Source of the DNA: Candidatus Microgenomates bacterium
GTDB taxonomy: Bacteria; Patescibacteriota; Microgenomatia; UBA8517; JACQJR01
DNA length: 64,000 nt
Assembly (NCBI GenBank): GCA_016204995.1
Contig: JACQJR010000001.1
Coordinates: 241,132 to 305,131 of the forward strand
Direction: 5' to 3'
A program made the position numbers and the translations under genes. This document shows positions 19,295 to 27,859 of this stretch, in pieces (position 1 is the stretch's first letter; each line of letters begins with the position of its first letter). The notes beneath the pieces are model-generated. The model did not search any database, was not told where the DNA came from, and saw only the letters and a list, made by a program, of their open reading frames with translations.

Positions 19295-19311
19295 GATAAT
19301 TGTAACAGAAT

Positions 19312-21045
19312 TTAGTTCACGCGATATATAACCACTTCTTGATTTTCAAATATGTTAGTTAGCCCTAATTGGCCCTCGCCTAGACGAAAACGTTGGCCAA
19401 AAACCGGTGTTTGATTTAATACCAGATAGAGATAATGAATTTTGTTATCAGCCAAGAATTTTTGCACCTCTTCCTGATTAAGACTATCAAAAGGCAGCAT
19501 TGATTTCTCCCGTCTGTTTCTCCAATCAAAACCGGTAATATTTAAATTAATTTCATCTTCCAGATAAGTGGGATGTTGGGAGAAGGCTGACACATAGGCA
19601 CTAGAGGCATATAGATAAAGCGGCCTAGGAGGATTATTGACCGCCAGTTCTGCTTTATATTCATCAAAAGGATAAGTTAAAACCACGCCTTGCGGTTGCT
19701 TTTCCAAAAATTTGAGAGCCGCTAGCTCCTGGTGGGAAATTTTAGCCGGCGGCCGCATTGGCAAATAACTAAGGCTCAAAGTACCAATCGTGGTCGACAA
19801 AGTTAATAAAACTACTAAAATAATAAGCCAGGTTTTTTGTTGAGCCAACCAAATTCCGGATAATATGGACATCACAAAAAGTGAATAGTAAAAAAATTGA
19901 ATTGTATTCCAAGGGGTGCCGGATTGCAAAAAAAACATGGGCAAAATTATTCCCAATGAGGCCATCACTAATAAAAATAAATCTATCTGGCTAAATTTTC
20001 TCCATAATTTATTCTTGATGATTCCATATACTCCCACCACCCTAGTTCCCATATTACCCACTAAAAATATTAAAAATGCTATAAAATAAGCCGGAATAAG
20101 CTTAAGAAAAATATGGCCAGTTTTATAATTCATTAATGCCTCATAAAATCTGGGCCAGCCAAATCTATCCGATACCGCCATCATGGTTTCCAAAAACCAG
20201 AAAGGCTGGAAAACGATCATTTTTTGTGAACCGCTATTTAAGGGCAAAAAAAGTAGCATGGATAAAACTGCTGATCCGCCAAATATAGATAAAAATGTAA
20301 ATTTACCACTTTTAATTAATTGATAGATACCAATTACCAGAAGACCTGCTAAAGCCAAAATACCAGCATAAATTTTAATTTCTGCCAGCAAACCAAAAAA
20401 AATAATTGCCAATGCTAAATGCCAAATGCTAAATTTGTTTTTGAGTTTTAAAATTAAAATTGCGCCCGAGAGAAGCAGAACTAACGACATGGCAAACGGT
20501 GGATTAATCAATGTGGAAATAGATTGCTGCGACCAAAAAAGTGATTCTCCGCCAATTTGTTTATTACGAATTAAAGTCACAATCCAACCAAAATCTCCCG
20601 CAAAATAGACAAAAAAAGTGGCCCATAAGGCCTCACGGGAAGAATTTCGCCATAACATTACAAATCTATAAGTCAGCCAACCAACCAAAACCGCCAAAAG
20701 CGTTGGTAAGATTTGAAAATAAAGTGTAATGGCAGGGATTTGTGTTAATTTATGAATCCAAGCTAGTATTAAATCAAAGCCAATGTGATAGTTGCGAATA
20801 TTTTCCCCGGAAAAAATCGGCATTTCCCAAGAACCGCGAGATAAACTATTAATCAAGGCAAGATGCCAGACTCCATCATGACCATTCGGCCCCCAAAAAC
20901 CCATCCCAAAAGGATAAATCAAACCGCTTTTGACCATGGTTAAACTCCAACTTAAAGAGCCCAAGAAAATAACTAACAGAATAGATAAATTATTTTTTCT
21001 TAAAAGTGGCATAAATAGTTGTAAAATCTCGCCAAATTTGGCCAC
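19312..21045 (-). CDS. polytopic membrane protein, function unknown (possibly Wzy-like polymerase/ligase)
   Basis: 577 aa, >10 hydrophobic segments plus C-terminal soluble domain; located immediately downstream of wzx-like gene; no diagnostic motif recognised. Confidence 0.35.
   Translation of the reverse strand: MAKFGEILQLFMPLLRKNNLSILLVIFLGSLSWSLTMVKSGLIYPFGMGFWGPNGHDGVWHLALINSLSRGSWEMPIFSGENIRNYHIGFDLILAWIHKLTQIPAITLYFQILPTLLAVLVGWLTYRFVMLWRNSSREALWATFFVYFAGDFGWIVTLIRNKQIGGESLFWSQQSISTLINPPFAMSLVLLLSGAILILKLKNKFSIWHLALAIIFFGLLAEIKIYAGILALAGLLVIGIYQLIKSGKFTFLSIFGGSAVLSMLLFLPLNSGSQKMIVFQPFWFLETMMAVSDRFGWPRFYEALMNYKTGHIFLKLIPAYFIAFLIFLVGNMGTRVVGVYGIIKNKLWRKFSQIDLFLLVMASLGIILPMFFLQSGTPWNTIQFFYYSLFVMSILSGIWLAQQKTWLIILVVLLTLSTTIGTLSLSYLPMRPPAKISHQELAALKFLEKQPQGVVLTYPFDEYKAELAVNNPPRPLYLYASSAYVSAFSQHPTYLEDEINLNITGFDWRNRREKSMLPFDSLNQEEVQKFLADNKIHYLYLVLNQTPVFGQRFRLGEGQLGLTNIFENQEVVIYRVN
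20409..20434. repeat. 13-bp direct repeat CAATGCTAAATGC/CAAATGCTAAATT in CDS
   Basis: followed by TTTTTGAGTTTTAAAATTAAAATT; within 19312..21045. Confidence 0.5.
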
Positions 21046-22564
21046 CCAATAAAATATGAAGCATGGCTATATAAGATAACAAACCTACTATTACTAAAAT
21101 AATTACTCCCAGCCAATTTAAGGTAATAAGATTACCAGTTATAAACATCACCAAAGCCATGCCAATACTAGCTGTCAAAGGATAGCCTACGCTTTCCAAT
21201 AAAACTACATTGACAAAACGTTTACTCCACACAATTGCCACAATTGAACTTATTCCCACTAACATAAAACCTAATGCCGCCCCATTAATAGAATAGCGGC
21301 TAGCCAGCAAAGGAACAAAAATCCATGTTAAAACAGTCCACATCACCATCAAGCGAAATGTAACGGCAATTTTACCGATACTGTTAAGCATATTAGTTAA
21401 AGGCGTGGAGACCGCTGCAAAAGCCGAGTTAACACTGATGAAAGCCAAAGCCAAAAGAGCCGGCTGCCATTGGGCGTATTTGGGAATTAAATGGGTTAAA
21501 GGTTCAGAAACAAACACCAAACCGACCAAAGCCGGAAAGACCAGCAAACAGATAAAGAAAAGTGAACGCGAGACCGCATTGGCTAGCTCTCTTTTCTCAT
21601 GCTGCATCCGGGAAAAAGCCGGAAAAGTCACTTTAATCACCTGGTCCATAAAAAATCGTAGCGGTGCTTGCGCCCATTTTTGGGCCCAACCCAAAAGACC
21701 GATACCGGCCGGGCCGATAATACCGCCTAAGACTAAGGTCATACCATCATCCTTGACCATCGCCAGCATAGTATTAGCCTGATAAGGCAAACCAAATTTT
21801 AATAATCCCCCTAAATATTGCCTATTCCATAAAAATCCCGGCTGCCAGGGCCGCAAAATATAAATTATCACTACTCCCACTATGCCCCGAGCTACCACCG
21901 CCACTGTAAAACTAGTAATACCAAAGCCCTGCCAGGCTAAAATTACGGCTATACTGTAAAAAACAATCGTCTCGGCAATTTGGGGAATAATTAATTTGTT
22001 AAATAACAATTCCCGTTCCAGTAAGACCGAGGGAATAGTTTTTAAAGAGGATAAAAAGAGAGAAAATGTTAAAGCCCACAGCAAGTATACCGAAGGCTGG
22101 GAAAGTTTATACCAGTTCTGAAAAAGGGGAGTTAAAGAAAAAATTAGAATAATTACTCCTAATACCAATATCTGTTGTACTGTAAAAACAGATTTTAATT
22201 CGCGCTTATCCAGCCGGTCTTTTTTTTGAATTAAAGCTGCGGCCAAGCCGATATCAGAAAAATAGGCAAAAAAGTTAATGACTGCTGAAACCAAAAAGAA
22301 AACTCCAAATTGAGTTGGAGTTAAAAAAATTGTTAGTAAAAATGTAGCCAGTAACGCTATTACCTGAAGAATAAAAGTCCGGCCGGTTAAAGCCACTACT
22401 CCCTTAACTGCCCGTCTCTTAACAGTCTCCAGAGATATTTCCTCGGTAGGACCCGTGCTGAGCCCAGCCGAAGCATCCAGATGTTCGGCAGCAGTAATCC
22501 CCACCCCTAAATTGTAGCAGAAATCCGCATTACACCATACCTTTAATTTGTTAAAATTATTCAT
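20990..22564 (-). CDS. wzx: Wzx-like oligosaccharide flippase (MOP superfamily polysaccharide biosynthesis protein)
   Basis: 524 aa, 12-14 TM; 'TIFLTPTQFGVFFLVSAVINFFAYFSDIGLAAALIQKKD' typical Wzx/RfbX N-terminal region; first ~45 aa (GC-richer) may be 5' UTR rather than coding. Confidence 0.7.
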   Translation of the reverse strand: MNNFNKLKVWCNADFCYNLGVGITAAEHLDASAGLSTGPTEEISLETVKRRAVKGVVALTGRTFILQVIALLATFLLTIFLTPTQFGVFFLVSAVINFFAYFSDIGLAAALIQKKDRLDKRELKSVFTVQQILVLGVIILIFSLTPLFQNWYKLSQPSVYLLWALTFSLFLSSLKTIPSVLLERELLFNKLIIPQIAETIVFYSIAVILAWQGFGITSFTVAVVARGIVGVVIIYILRPWQPGFLWNRQYLGGLLKFGLPYQANTMLAMVKDDGMTLVLGGIIGPAGIGLLGWAQKWAQAPLRFFMDQVIKVTFPAFSRMQHEKRELANAVSRSLFFICLLVFPALVGLVFVSEPLTHLIPKYAQWQPALLALAFISVNSAFAAVSTPLTNMLNSIGKIAVTFRLMVMWTVLTWIFVPLLASRYSINGAALGFMLVGISSIVAIVWSKRFVNVVLLESVGYPLTASIGMALVMFITGNLITLNWLGVIILVIVGLLSYIAMLHILLGGQIWRDFTTIYATFKKK

Positions 22565-22980
22565 TGAGAAGAAAAATAAAGAAACATTCTAGAAAAATAT
22601 TATTTCCAGGAAAACCTATAATCAAGGAATGGTTGCATAGTCACAAAAGGACATTTTACCTTAACACAGAACAGCTTGATAGAATTTCTTTTTCAATTCT
22701 AAAAGATGAAAATGAGAAAATAAAAGAAATTCAAAATGTTTCTTATGAAATCAATATAAATGGAAAATGGGTTAGGATAGTAAGATATGATGATCATAGT
22801 GGAACTGGATCACTTCACAGACATACAAAATTTTCATTTAGTAGCCTTAAAGAAATAATAGAATCACTTCCCTGGATCAAAGGAGACAAAAATCAACAAT
22901 TAACACAGGCTTGTAATGATATTAAGGAAAATTATGAGGAGTTCAAAAATGAATTTACAAAAAATTCCGGGCTTGACTAG
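22564..22980 (+). CDS. hypothetical protein (defence-island ORF, no ATG start)
   Basis: 138-aa ORF begins with TTG and contains no internal Met; possible TTG start at ~22633 after AAGGA; no recognisable domain ('RIVRYDDHSGTGSLHRH'). Confidence 0.3.
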   Translation: MRRKIKKHSRKILFPGKPIIKEWLHSHKRTFYLNTEQLDRISFSILKDENEKIKEIQNVSYEININGKWVRIVRYDDHSGTGSLHRHTKFSFSSLKEIIESLPWIKGDKNQQLTQACNDIKENYEEFKNEFTKNSGLD

Positions 22981-23030
22981 TATTAATCAAAAATTTACAG
23001 TATATTTGTATTAAGGGTGTAAAATAAGAC

Positions 23031-23285
23031 ATGGGTACAAAAACACAAACCGCTAAAAATATTGAATTGACACATAAACTGATCGAGTATCTATTGCGTG
23101 GAAAAAACGTACCAGACCTACCGGAGGATGTATCTTTTGTTCCATTCTCAAAGACAGATAAGAAACTTAATAAAGAAAATGACAAATTACTTAAATCTAT
23201 CTATCAAGAAGGAAAACGCGTTGCAAAAGCAGAGGAATCAAAAACAAGCAAGGGTTCTTGGGAAATAACTCCAGTTAATTTCTAA
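23031..23285 (+). CDS. hypothetical small charged protein
   Basis: 84-aa ORF, Lys/Glu-rich, no motif recognised; co-directional with 22564..22980. Confidence 0.3.
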   Translation: MGTKTQTAKNIELTHKLIEYLLRGKNVPDLPEDVSFVPFSKTDKKLNKENDKLLKSIYQEGKRVAKAEESKTSKGSWEITPVNF

Positions 23286-23543
23286 TAACCGTTAAGCTGG
23301 ATGAAAAAACAGCCAATTTTACATCCATTAATTTACATTACCCCGAATACTACCCGAAGTCAAGAGAACTAAAATGAGGTTCTGCAGACATTTAATTTCT
23401 TCTCAAAATATTCCAACTAAGACAAGTGATATATCAGAAGACCAAATAAAACAAGGACTCTTAAAATCCGCCGCCAACACTCTCTCGGCCGCACAATTTG
23501 TTGTAAGTTTCTAAACATAAAAATAGGTAATATTTAGATATAT

Positions 23544-24638
23544 TTACTTAAAAATCTTTATTAAAGTTTCTGCTAAATTAGTTTTTCTACCATCTCTTGG
23601 AAAAATTTCCCTAATCGTATTTGGGAAGAACCCTTCAACTGCGTTCCAAATTTTAACACCGTTATTATCAATTTCACTCAAAGCTCCTGGTAAATATGGA
23701 TATTTATGTGTGATCCTAGCCTGAAAGAGTTCAGGAGATTCAGGAGAAATAATATACAATTTTAATTTTTTACTATCTATTGCATTAACAAGACATTCAT
23801 TTATATGCTCATCACGAAATCCATAACCAACCAACAATAACCTTACCTCTTCTTGATTTAAAGATTTCTTAAATTCTTGGAAATAAAAATTTAGTAAGGG
23901 CTCTTTTTCAATATCGGACTTTTTATTCTTGCCTATTATCATTCTGCTAGTACCATCACTTGATACCCAACCTAAAGAACCATGTAACTTCATGTACAAA
24001 ATATTGTGCTGCTTCTTAACACTCTCTAATTCTGTGACAAGTTCAACTTCTGAAAATCTATTAAGCTCATCGTGGTTAGGTAATATATGTGGATCTCTGT
24101 TTGAGTATGATATTTTGTACCCGCCACATTGCTTTAATCTCTCTTGAGAAAACCATTTAGTTTTTGAAATAAATGGTTGCCAGCCAAATTTTTGTTCAAA
24201 AAATAAATCTTGGTTGAGAGTGAAACAAACTCCTACCCGCTCTTCATTGAAGAAAAACAAACTCAAAAAATCCTTAAGTTCTTCCTGGTTAACCCCCCAG
24301 GAATCAATGATTTGATTTTCTCCTTGTCCTATTATTAGTTGCATCGAAATGTATGTTTCGATAATTATCTTTTCAAATTTAGTTTTATCATCAGATGAAT
24401 ATCCGTCACCTAATATTATTTCGCTAAATATATTCTCAAAATCAAACTTTTTCTCCGAATTTTTGAATAATTCTTTAGCTTTGGTTAACTGATTAAGATC
24501 AGGATTATTAAAAATTTTTACCCACATCTCCCTAGCAAGGAATCCACCAAAATTAGCTGTAAAACCGGCACCGAAAAGTAGCATATTTTTTCTATAGTTT
24601 AAATCCATGCAAGTTTTATTTACGCTGCAACCTTCCAT
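23544..24638 (-). CDS. SIR2-like (SIR2_2 family) protein, putative NAD+-consuming defence effector
   Basis: 'MLLFGAGFTANFGG' (GAGxS-like N-terminus), 'FTLNQDLFFE' (TTNYD-like, Asn), 'KLHGSLGW' (HGS His), 'LLLVGYGFRDEHI' – the four hallmark blocks of PF13289; likely start at internal Met 24608. Confidence 0.6.
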   Translation of the reverse strand: MEGCSVNKTCMDLNYRKNMLLFGAGFTANFGGFLAREMWVKIFNNPDLNQLTKAKELFKNSEKKFDFENIFSEIILGDGYSSDDKTKFEKIIIETYISMQLIIGQGENQIIDSWGVNQEELKDFLSLFFFNEERVGVCFTLNQDLFFEQKFGWQPFISKTKWFSQERLKQCGGYKISYSNRDPHILPNHDELNRFSEVELVTELESVKKQHNILYMKLHGSLGWVSSDGTSRMIIGKNKKSDIEKEPLLNFYFQEFKKSLNQEEVRLLLVGYGFRDEHINECLVNAIDSKKLKLYIISPESPELFQARITHKYPYLPGALSEIDNNGVKIWNAVEGFFPNTIREIFPRDGRKTNLAETLIKIFK

Positions 24639-24967
24639 GCTACAGAATACTATTAAATAGTATCAGAAATCTATCTCTGAGATATGATAGTTCTAAAGAG
24701 ATTTATGCTGCTTGAAATAACACTTTTGGCTTGGATTACCTTAGTTTTGAAATATTCAACCAAGAAGTTGGAATTAAATTGAAAGAAACTACCAACTCTT
24801 TTTGCTTTCCCTCCAAACATATCTATAACCAGGAGGTGCTGGTGGCTTTGATGGTTTAGGCACACTAGGTGACCGAGGAGGCCTGGGTGGTCTAGGAGCT
24901 GTCGGAGCTTTTGGCGGTCGAGGACCCTATATGGGATTGGAATAATCTTTAGCCAGCTTCCATACCA

Positions 24968-25213
24968 TTAGTAGCTACCTCCTCCATCAAGTTCTTGACT
25001 AGGTGAAACTGAACCAGAAACATTTGAAGCAGTCCCAGCTGAAACAGAGATAATTCCGCCTACAAATCCTTGCTGTTTTTCAGTAGGGAGGTCTGTATGT
25101 TTCTCACAAACATTGTTTAAACACGACCAGATACCTAAAGTTTGAATAATTAGACTACCACACAAGGTACAAACTAAAACCCCAGATTTTGTTCTGTTAG
25201 TCCAATTAAGCAT
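24968..25213 (-). CDS. hypothetical small membrane protein
   Basis: 81 aa, one TM helix 'GVLVCTLCGSLIIQTLGIWSCL', Gly/Ser-rich tail. Confidence 0.25.
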   Translation of the reverse strand: MLNWTNRTKSGVLVCTLCGSLIIQTLGIWSCLNNVCEKHTDLPTEKQQGFVGGIISVSAGTASNVSGSVSPSQELDGGGSY

Positions 25214-25386
25214 AAAATTATTAAAAAGATGCCAAGTAAAAACTTAGGCTAGTATTACATTAGCATTATAATACAATCGGCACTAAAAAACTAGATAGGT
25301 AAATACTAATGACTTCAATTATTTTGATTCTTACCTTCAGCTACGTTCAGAAGAAATCTGACGTAGGCAGTAGAGTTTATAAACTA

Positions 25387-25411
25387 ACTGTTCTCCTCTA
25401 AGAGAAGAACA
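25387..25411 (-). terminator. putative hairpin terminator downstream of R-M operon
   Basis: CTGTTCTCCTC-taa-GAGAAGAACAG (11-bp stem, 1 mismatch) ~20 nt after REase stop; flanking U-tract weak. Confidence 0.3.
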
Positions 25412-25429
25412 GTAAAACAAAAAATATTT

Positions 25430-25948
25430 TTATGGAATCGGGAGTCCTAATTTCTGTAGGGGTAAATAATTAAAATAATATTGACAACCTACATCGATTA
25501 TATAATTAAGGGTATCTTTATATTGTGGTTTTCTGAACCAATCACTAAGAATATAAATATACTCAACCTCTATATTAAGTGAGGCCATTAACTTTTTATA
25601 TTGTTTCTTTTTGAAATCACAAGTTTGTAACTTCTCATCCACCGAGCCACCCACATTTTGAATCTTTAGTTCAATAACAAACAATGTATTATTAACGATC
25701 ACATATATTGCTTCATCGGGTAAAAGTTTTTTAGAAATTATCTTTGTATAATTAACCCCTTTAGCAGCTAAAAAATTATAAAGAGAATGTTTTTTATAAC
25801 TTCTTGCCACCTCCTCATCTTGATAGTAGATAACCTTATCTTTCACTGAATATCCTTCAGTCTTGCTAAGTAAGGAAATGATATCTTTTTCTTTCTCAAA
25901 ATTAAGACCAGTTAAGGTATTTCCTCCTCCTTTTCCACCTTTAATCAT
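25430..25948 (-). CDS. Type II restriction endonuclease (PD-(D/E)xK fold)
   Basis: 172 aa; 'LPDEAIYVIVNNTLFVIELK' = PD...ExK catalytic motif; start ATG overlaps stop of upstream methyltransferase (ATGA). Confidence 0.5.
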   Translation of the reverse strand: MIKGGKGGGNTLTGLNFEKEKDIISLLSKTEGYSVKDKVIYYQDEEVARSYKKHSLYNFLAAKGVNYTKIISKKLLPDEAIYVIVNNTLFVIELKIQNVGGSVDEKLQTCDFKKKQYKKLMASLNIEVEYIYILSDWFRKPQYKDTLNYIIDVGCQYYFNYLPLQKLGLPIP

Positions 25949-26811
25949 ATAGATAATCCCTGATTTATTATAAATTCTTTTCCTTGTTTTACCGGATCAT
26001 ACATTGAAAGCTGTTTATTTTTCAAGTTTTTCTCCAATTCTTCAAATCTTTTTATTGATAAATCTAGATATTTTCTTTCGGTATCAATTCCAATAAAGTT
26101 CCGATCCAAAAGATAAGCTGCAATTCCAGTTGTTGAACTTCCAGTAAATGGATCAACTATTAAATCACTTTTATTTGTACTCGCAAGAATAATTCTTTTA
26201 AGTAAATCTTCTGGCTTTTGCGTTGGATGTTTGCCAAATTTTTTTTCTATGGGTTTAGGAGTTCCTATCGCCCAAACTGAACGCATTTGTAGGCCTGGTT
26301 TTTTTAATTGATCCCCTAACCAATTGCCATTTTTCATTAAATTATAATTAAAGACGTGCTTTGTTTCTTTGTCTTTACGTGCCCATATCAATGTCTCATG
26401 GCTAGCAGTAAAATAACGACAACTTAAATTAGGGGAGGCATTTGGCTTGAACCAAGCAATATCATTGAGTATATGGTATCCTAGCGACTGCAAAGCATGT
26501 CCACACTGATAAATCGAATGATAAGTGCCACTAACCCAAAGAGTACCATGGGGTTTCAAAACTCTCCGGCACGCCTCCATCCATTTATAATGGAAATCAT
26601 AATCATCTTTGAATCCCTTACTCTTATCCCAATCTCCTTTATTAACACTAACCATCCGTCCTGCATGAACAGTTATGCCTCCGTTTGAAAGATTATAAGG
26701 GGGATCGGCAAAAATCATATCCACTGAACTCTCGGGAAACTCAGCCAACAAATCTAGACAATTAGCCTGATAAAGTTTAAATTTAGGCTTTTCGTAGTAT
26801 GATTTTATCAT
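25945..26811 (-). CDS. DNA methyltransferase, beta-class N6-adenine/N4-cytosine (PF01555-like)
   Basis: 288 aa; motif IV 'IFADPPYNL' precedes motif I 'VDPFTGSSTTGIAA' (beta permutation); DPPY suggests m6A. Confidence 0.85.
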   Translation of the reverse strand: MIKSYYEKPKFKLYQANCLDLLAEFPESSVDMIFADPPYNLSNGGITVHAGRMVSVNKGDWDKSKGFKDDYDFHYKWMEACRRVLKPHGTLWVSGTYHSIYQCGHALQSLGYHILNDIAWFKPNASPNLSCRYFTASHETLIWARKDKETKHVFNYNLMKNGNWLGDQLKKPGLQMRSVWAIGTPKPIEKKFGKHPTQKPEDLLKRIILASTNKSDLIVDPFTGSSTTGIAAYLLDRNFIGIDTERKYLDLSIKRFEELEKNLKNKQLSMYDPVKQGKEFIINQGLSI

Positions 26812-26944
26812 ATTTTATGAAAAAGTGTTATGAACTAGCATAAGTATTTTACCACAAATCTTGTAATATTTTTATGCAAATTTTTAAAAAAATTTTAGCC
26901 ACGAATTAAGTATAAATTAGCATCCCTTTGATATACATTTTTAT

Positions 26945-27016
26945 AGTTGACAGTTATTCCAGTCAACCTCAAAATAGCAGACGCGCGATTAAACTGATAA
27001 AAGGAGGTGAGAATAT
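26945..27016 (+). promoter_or_regulatory. putative sigma70-like promoter (TTGACA-N17-CAAAAT) within inverted repeat AGTTGAC/GTCAAC, followed by strong SD AAGGAGGTG
   Basis: TTGACA at 26947-26952, inverted repeat arm GTCAAC at 26962-26967, SD at 27002-27010. Confidence 0.35.
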
Positions 27017-27124
27017 ATGCCATACAGAAGTTCTAAAACGGGTAAATATGTTAAAAAATCATACGCACAAAAGCATCCAACAGTTACTGAAAGAGAGAGA
27101 AATAAAAAGAATAATAGGCATTGA
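27017..27124 (+). CDS. small basic peptide (35 aa) with canonical SD
   Basis: ATG 8 nt after AAGGAGGTG; 'MPYRSSKTGKYVKKSYAQKHPTVTERERNKKNNRH'; below the 60-aa cut-off of the ORF track. Confidence 0.3.
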   Translation: MPYRSSKTGKYVKKSYAQKHPTVTERERNKKNNRH

Positions 27125-27183
27125 ATCGTCTAGTGGACAAGCAGGCAATGGGTGGACTAAAGTGGAATTAGACTGCATCTTAT

Positions 27184-27855
27184 ATGCCTCAATTTAAATT
27201 ATCTCCCTCAGACTTCGCCTACCTTTATGAGGATTGTAAATTTTGCTATGTTTTAAAAGTTAAAAGCGGCGTTGCTTTACCCAGTATGCCGATGCCGAGA
27301 GTTTTCTCCGCCATAAATACCAGACTTCAAGGTAATCTTATCGGGAAAAGCCTTAAAAGCTTATCTAAAAATCTACCGGAGGGAGAAGTTATATCACAGG
27401 AAGGCTTTGTGGAATCAGTTGTTATTCCCGGCACATCAGTTTACATCAAAGGGAAATATGATTTGCTGGTTAAAAATCCTGACGGCACGCATATGGTGGT
27501 GGATTTAAAAATCAGCCAGCCGGGAGAAGATAAAATAGAAAAATATAAAACGCAGTTGGCTGCTTATAAATATGCCTTTGAAAATCCAAAAAACGGCCAG
27601 CCGATTAAAATTACCAAACTTGGGCTTTTGATTTTTTATCCAGATCAAGTCTCATTCCAAAATGATACTGCCATACTTCATTTTCCTCCTGTTTGGCTGG
27701 AAATTCCCATTGATGATGAATACTTTTTAACATTTATTAAAGCTATTGATGAACTTCTGGCTGGTCCTGAACCAGGAGTCAGCGTAACTTGCAGATGGTG
27801 TGTTTATAGAAAATATTTTGAGCCCCAAGCTCTTGTGGAAGATATTCCTTTTTAG
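27184..27855 (+). CDS. Cas4/RecB-like PD-(D/E)XK nuclease domain protein with 2+2 Cys
   Basis: 223 aa; 'GKYDLLV' (motif II), 'VVDLKIS' (motif III), 'TQLAAYKYA' (QhxxY), N-terminal 'CKFC' and C-terminal 'CRWC' possible Fe-S ligands. Confidence 0.5.
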   Translation: MPQFKLSPSDFAYLYEDCKFCYVLKVKSGVALPSMPMPRVFSAINTRLQGNLIGKSLKSLSKNLPEGEVISQEGFVESVVIPGTSVYIKGKYDLLVKNPDGTHMVVDLKISQPGEDKIEKYKTQLAAYKYAFENPKNGQPIKITKLGLLIFYPDQVSFQNDTAILHFPPVWLEIPIDDEYFLTFIKAIDELLAGPEPGVSVTCRWCVYRKYFEPQALVEDIPF

Positions 27856-27859
27856 GAAT

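Noticed and set aside
24671-24865. 64-aa minus-strand ORF between SIR2 gene and the small membrane ORF
   Set aside because: It has no recognisable features or translation signals and overlaps a compositionally odd intergenic stretch; too weak to call.
24830-24960. Proline-rich frame ('PRPPKAPTAPRPPRPP...') downstream of the 81-aa ORF
   Set aside because: It has no start codon (it is preceded by an in-frame TAG) and no SD; likely non-coding or a remnant.
26928-27197. 89-aa plus-strand ORF in the methyltransferase–nuclease intergenic region
   Set aside because: It has no SD, overlaps the predicted promoter, and is out of frame with the SD-preceded 35-aa ORF; judged spurious.
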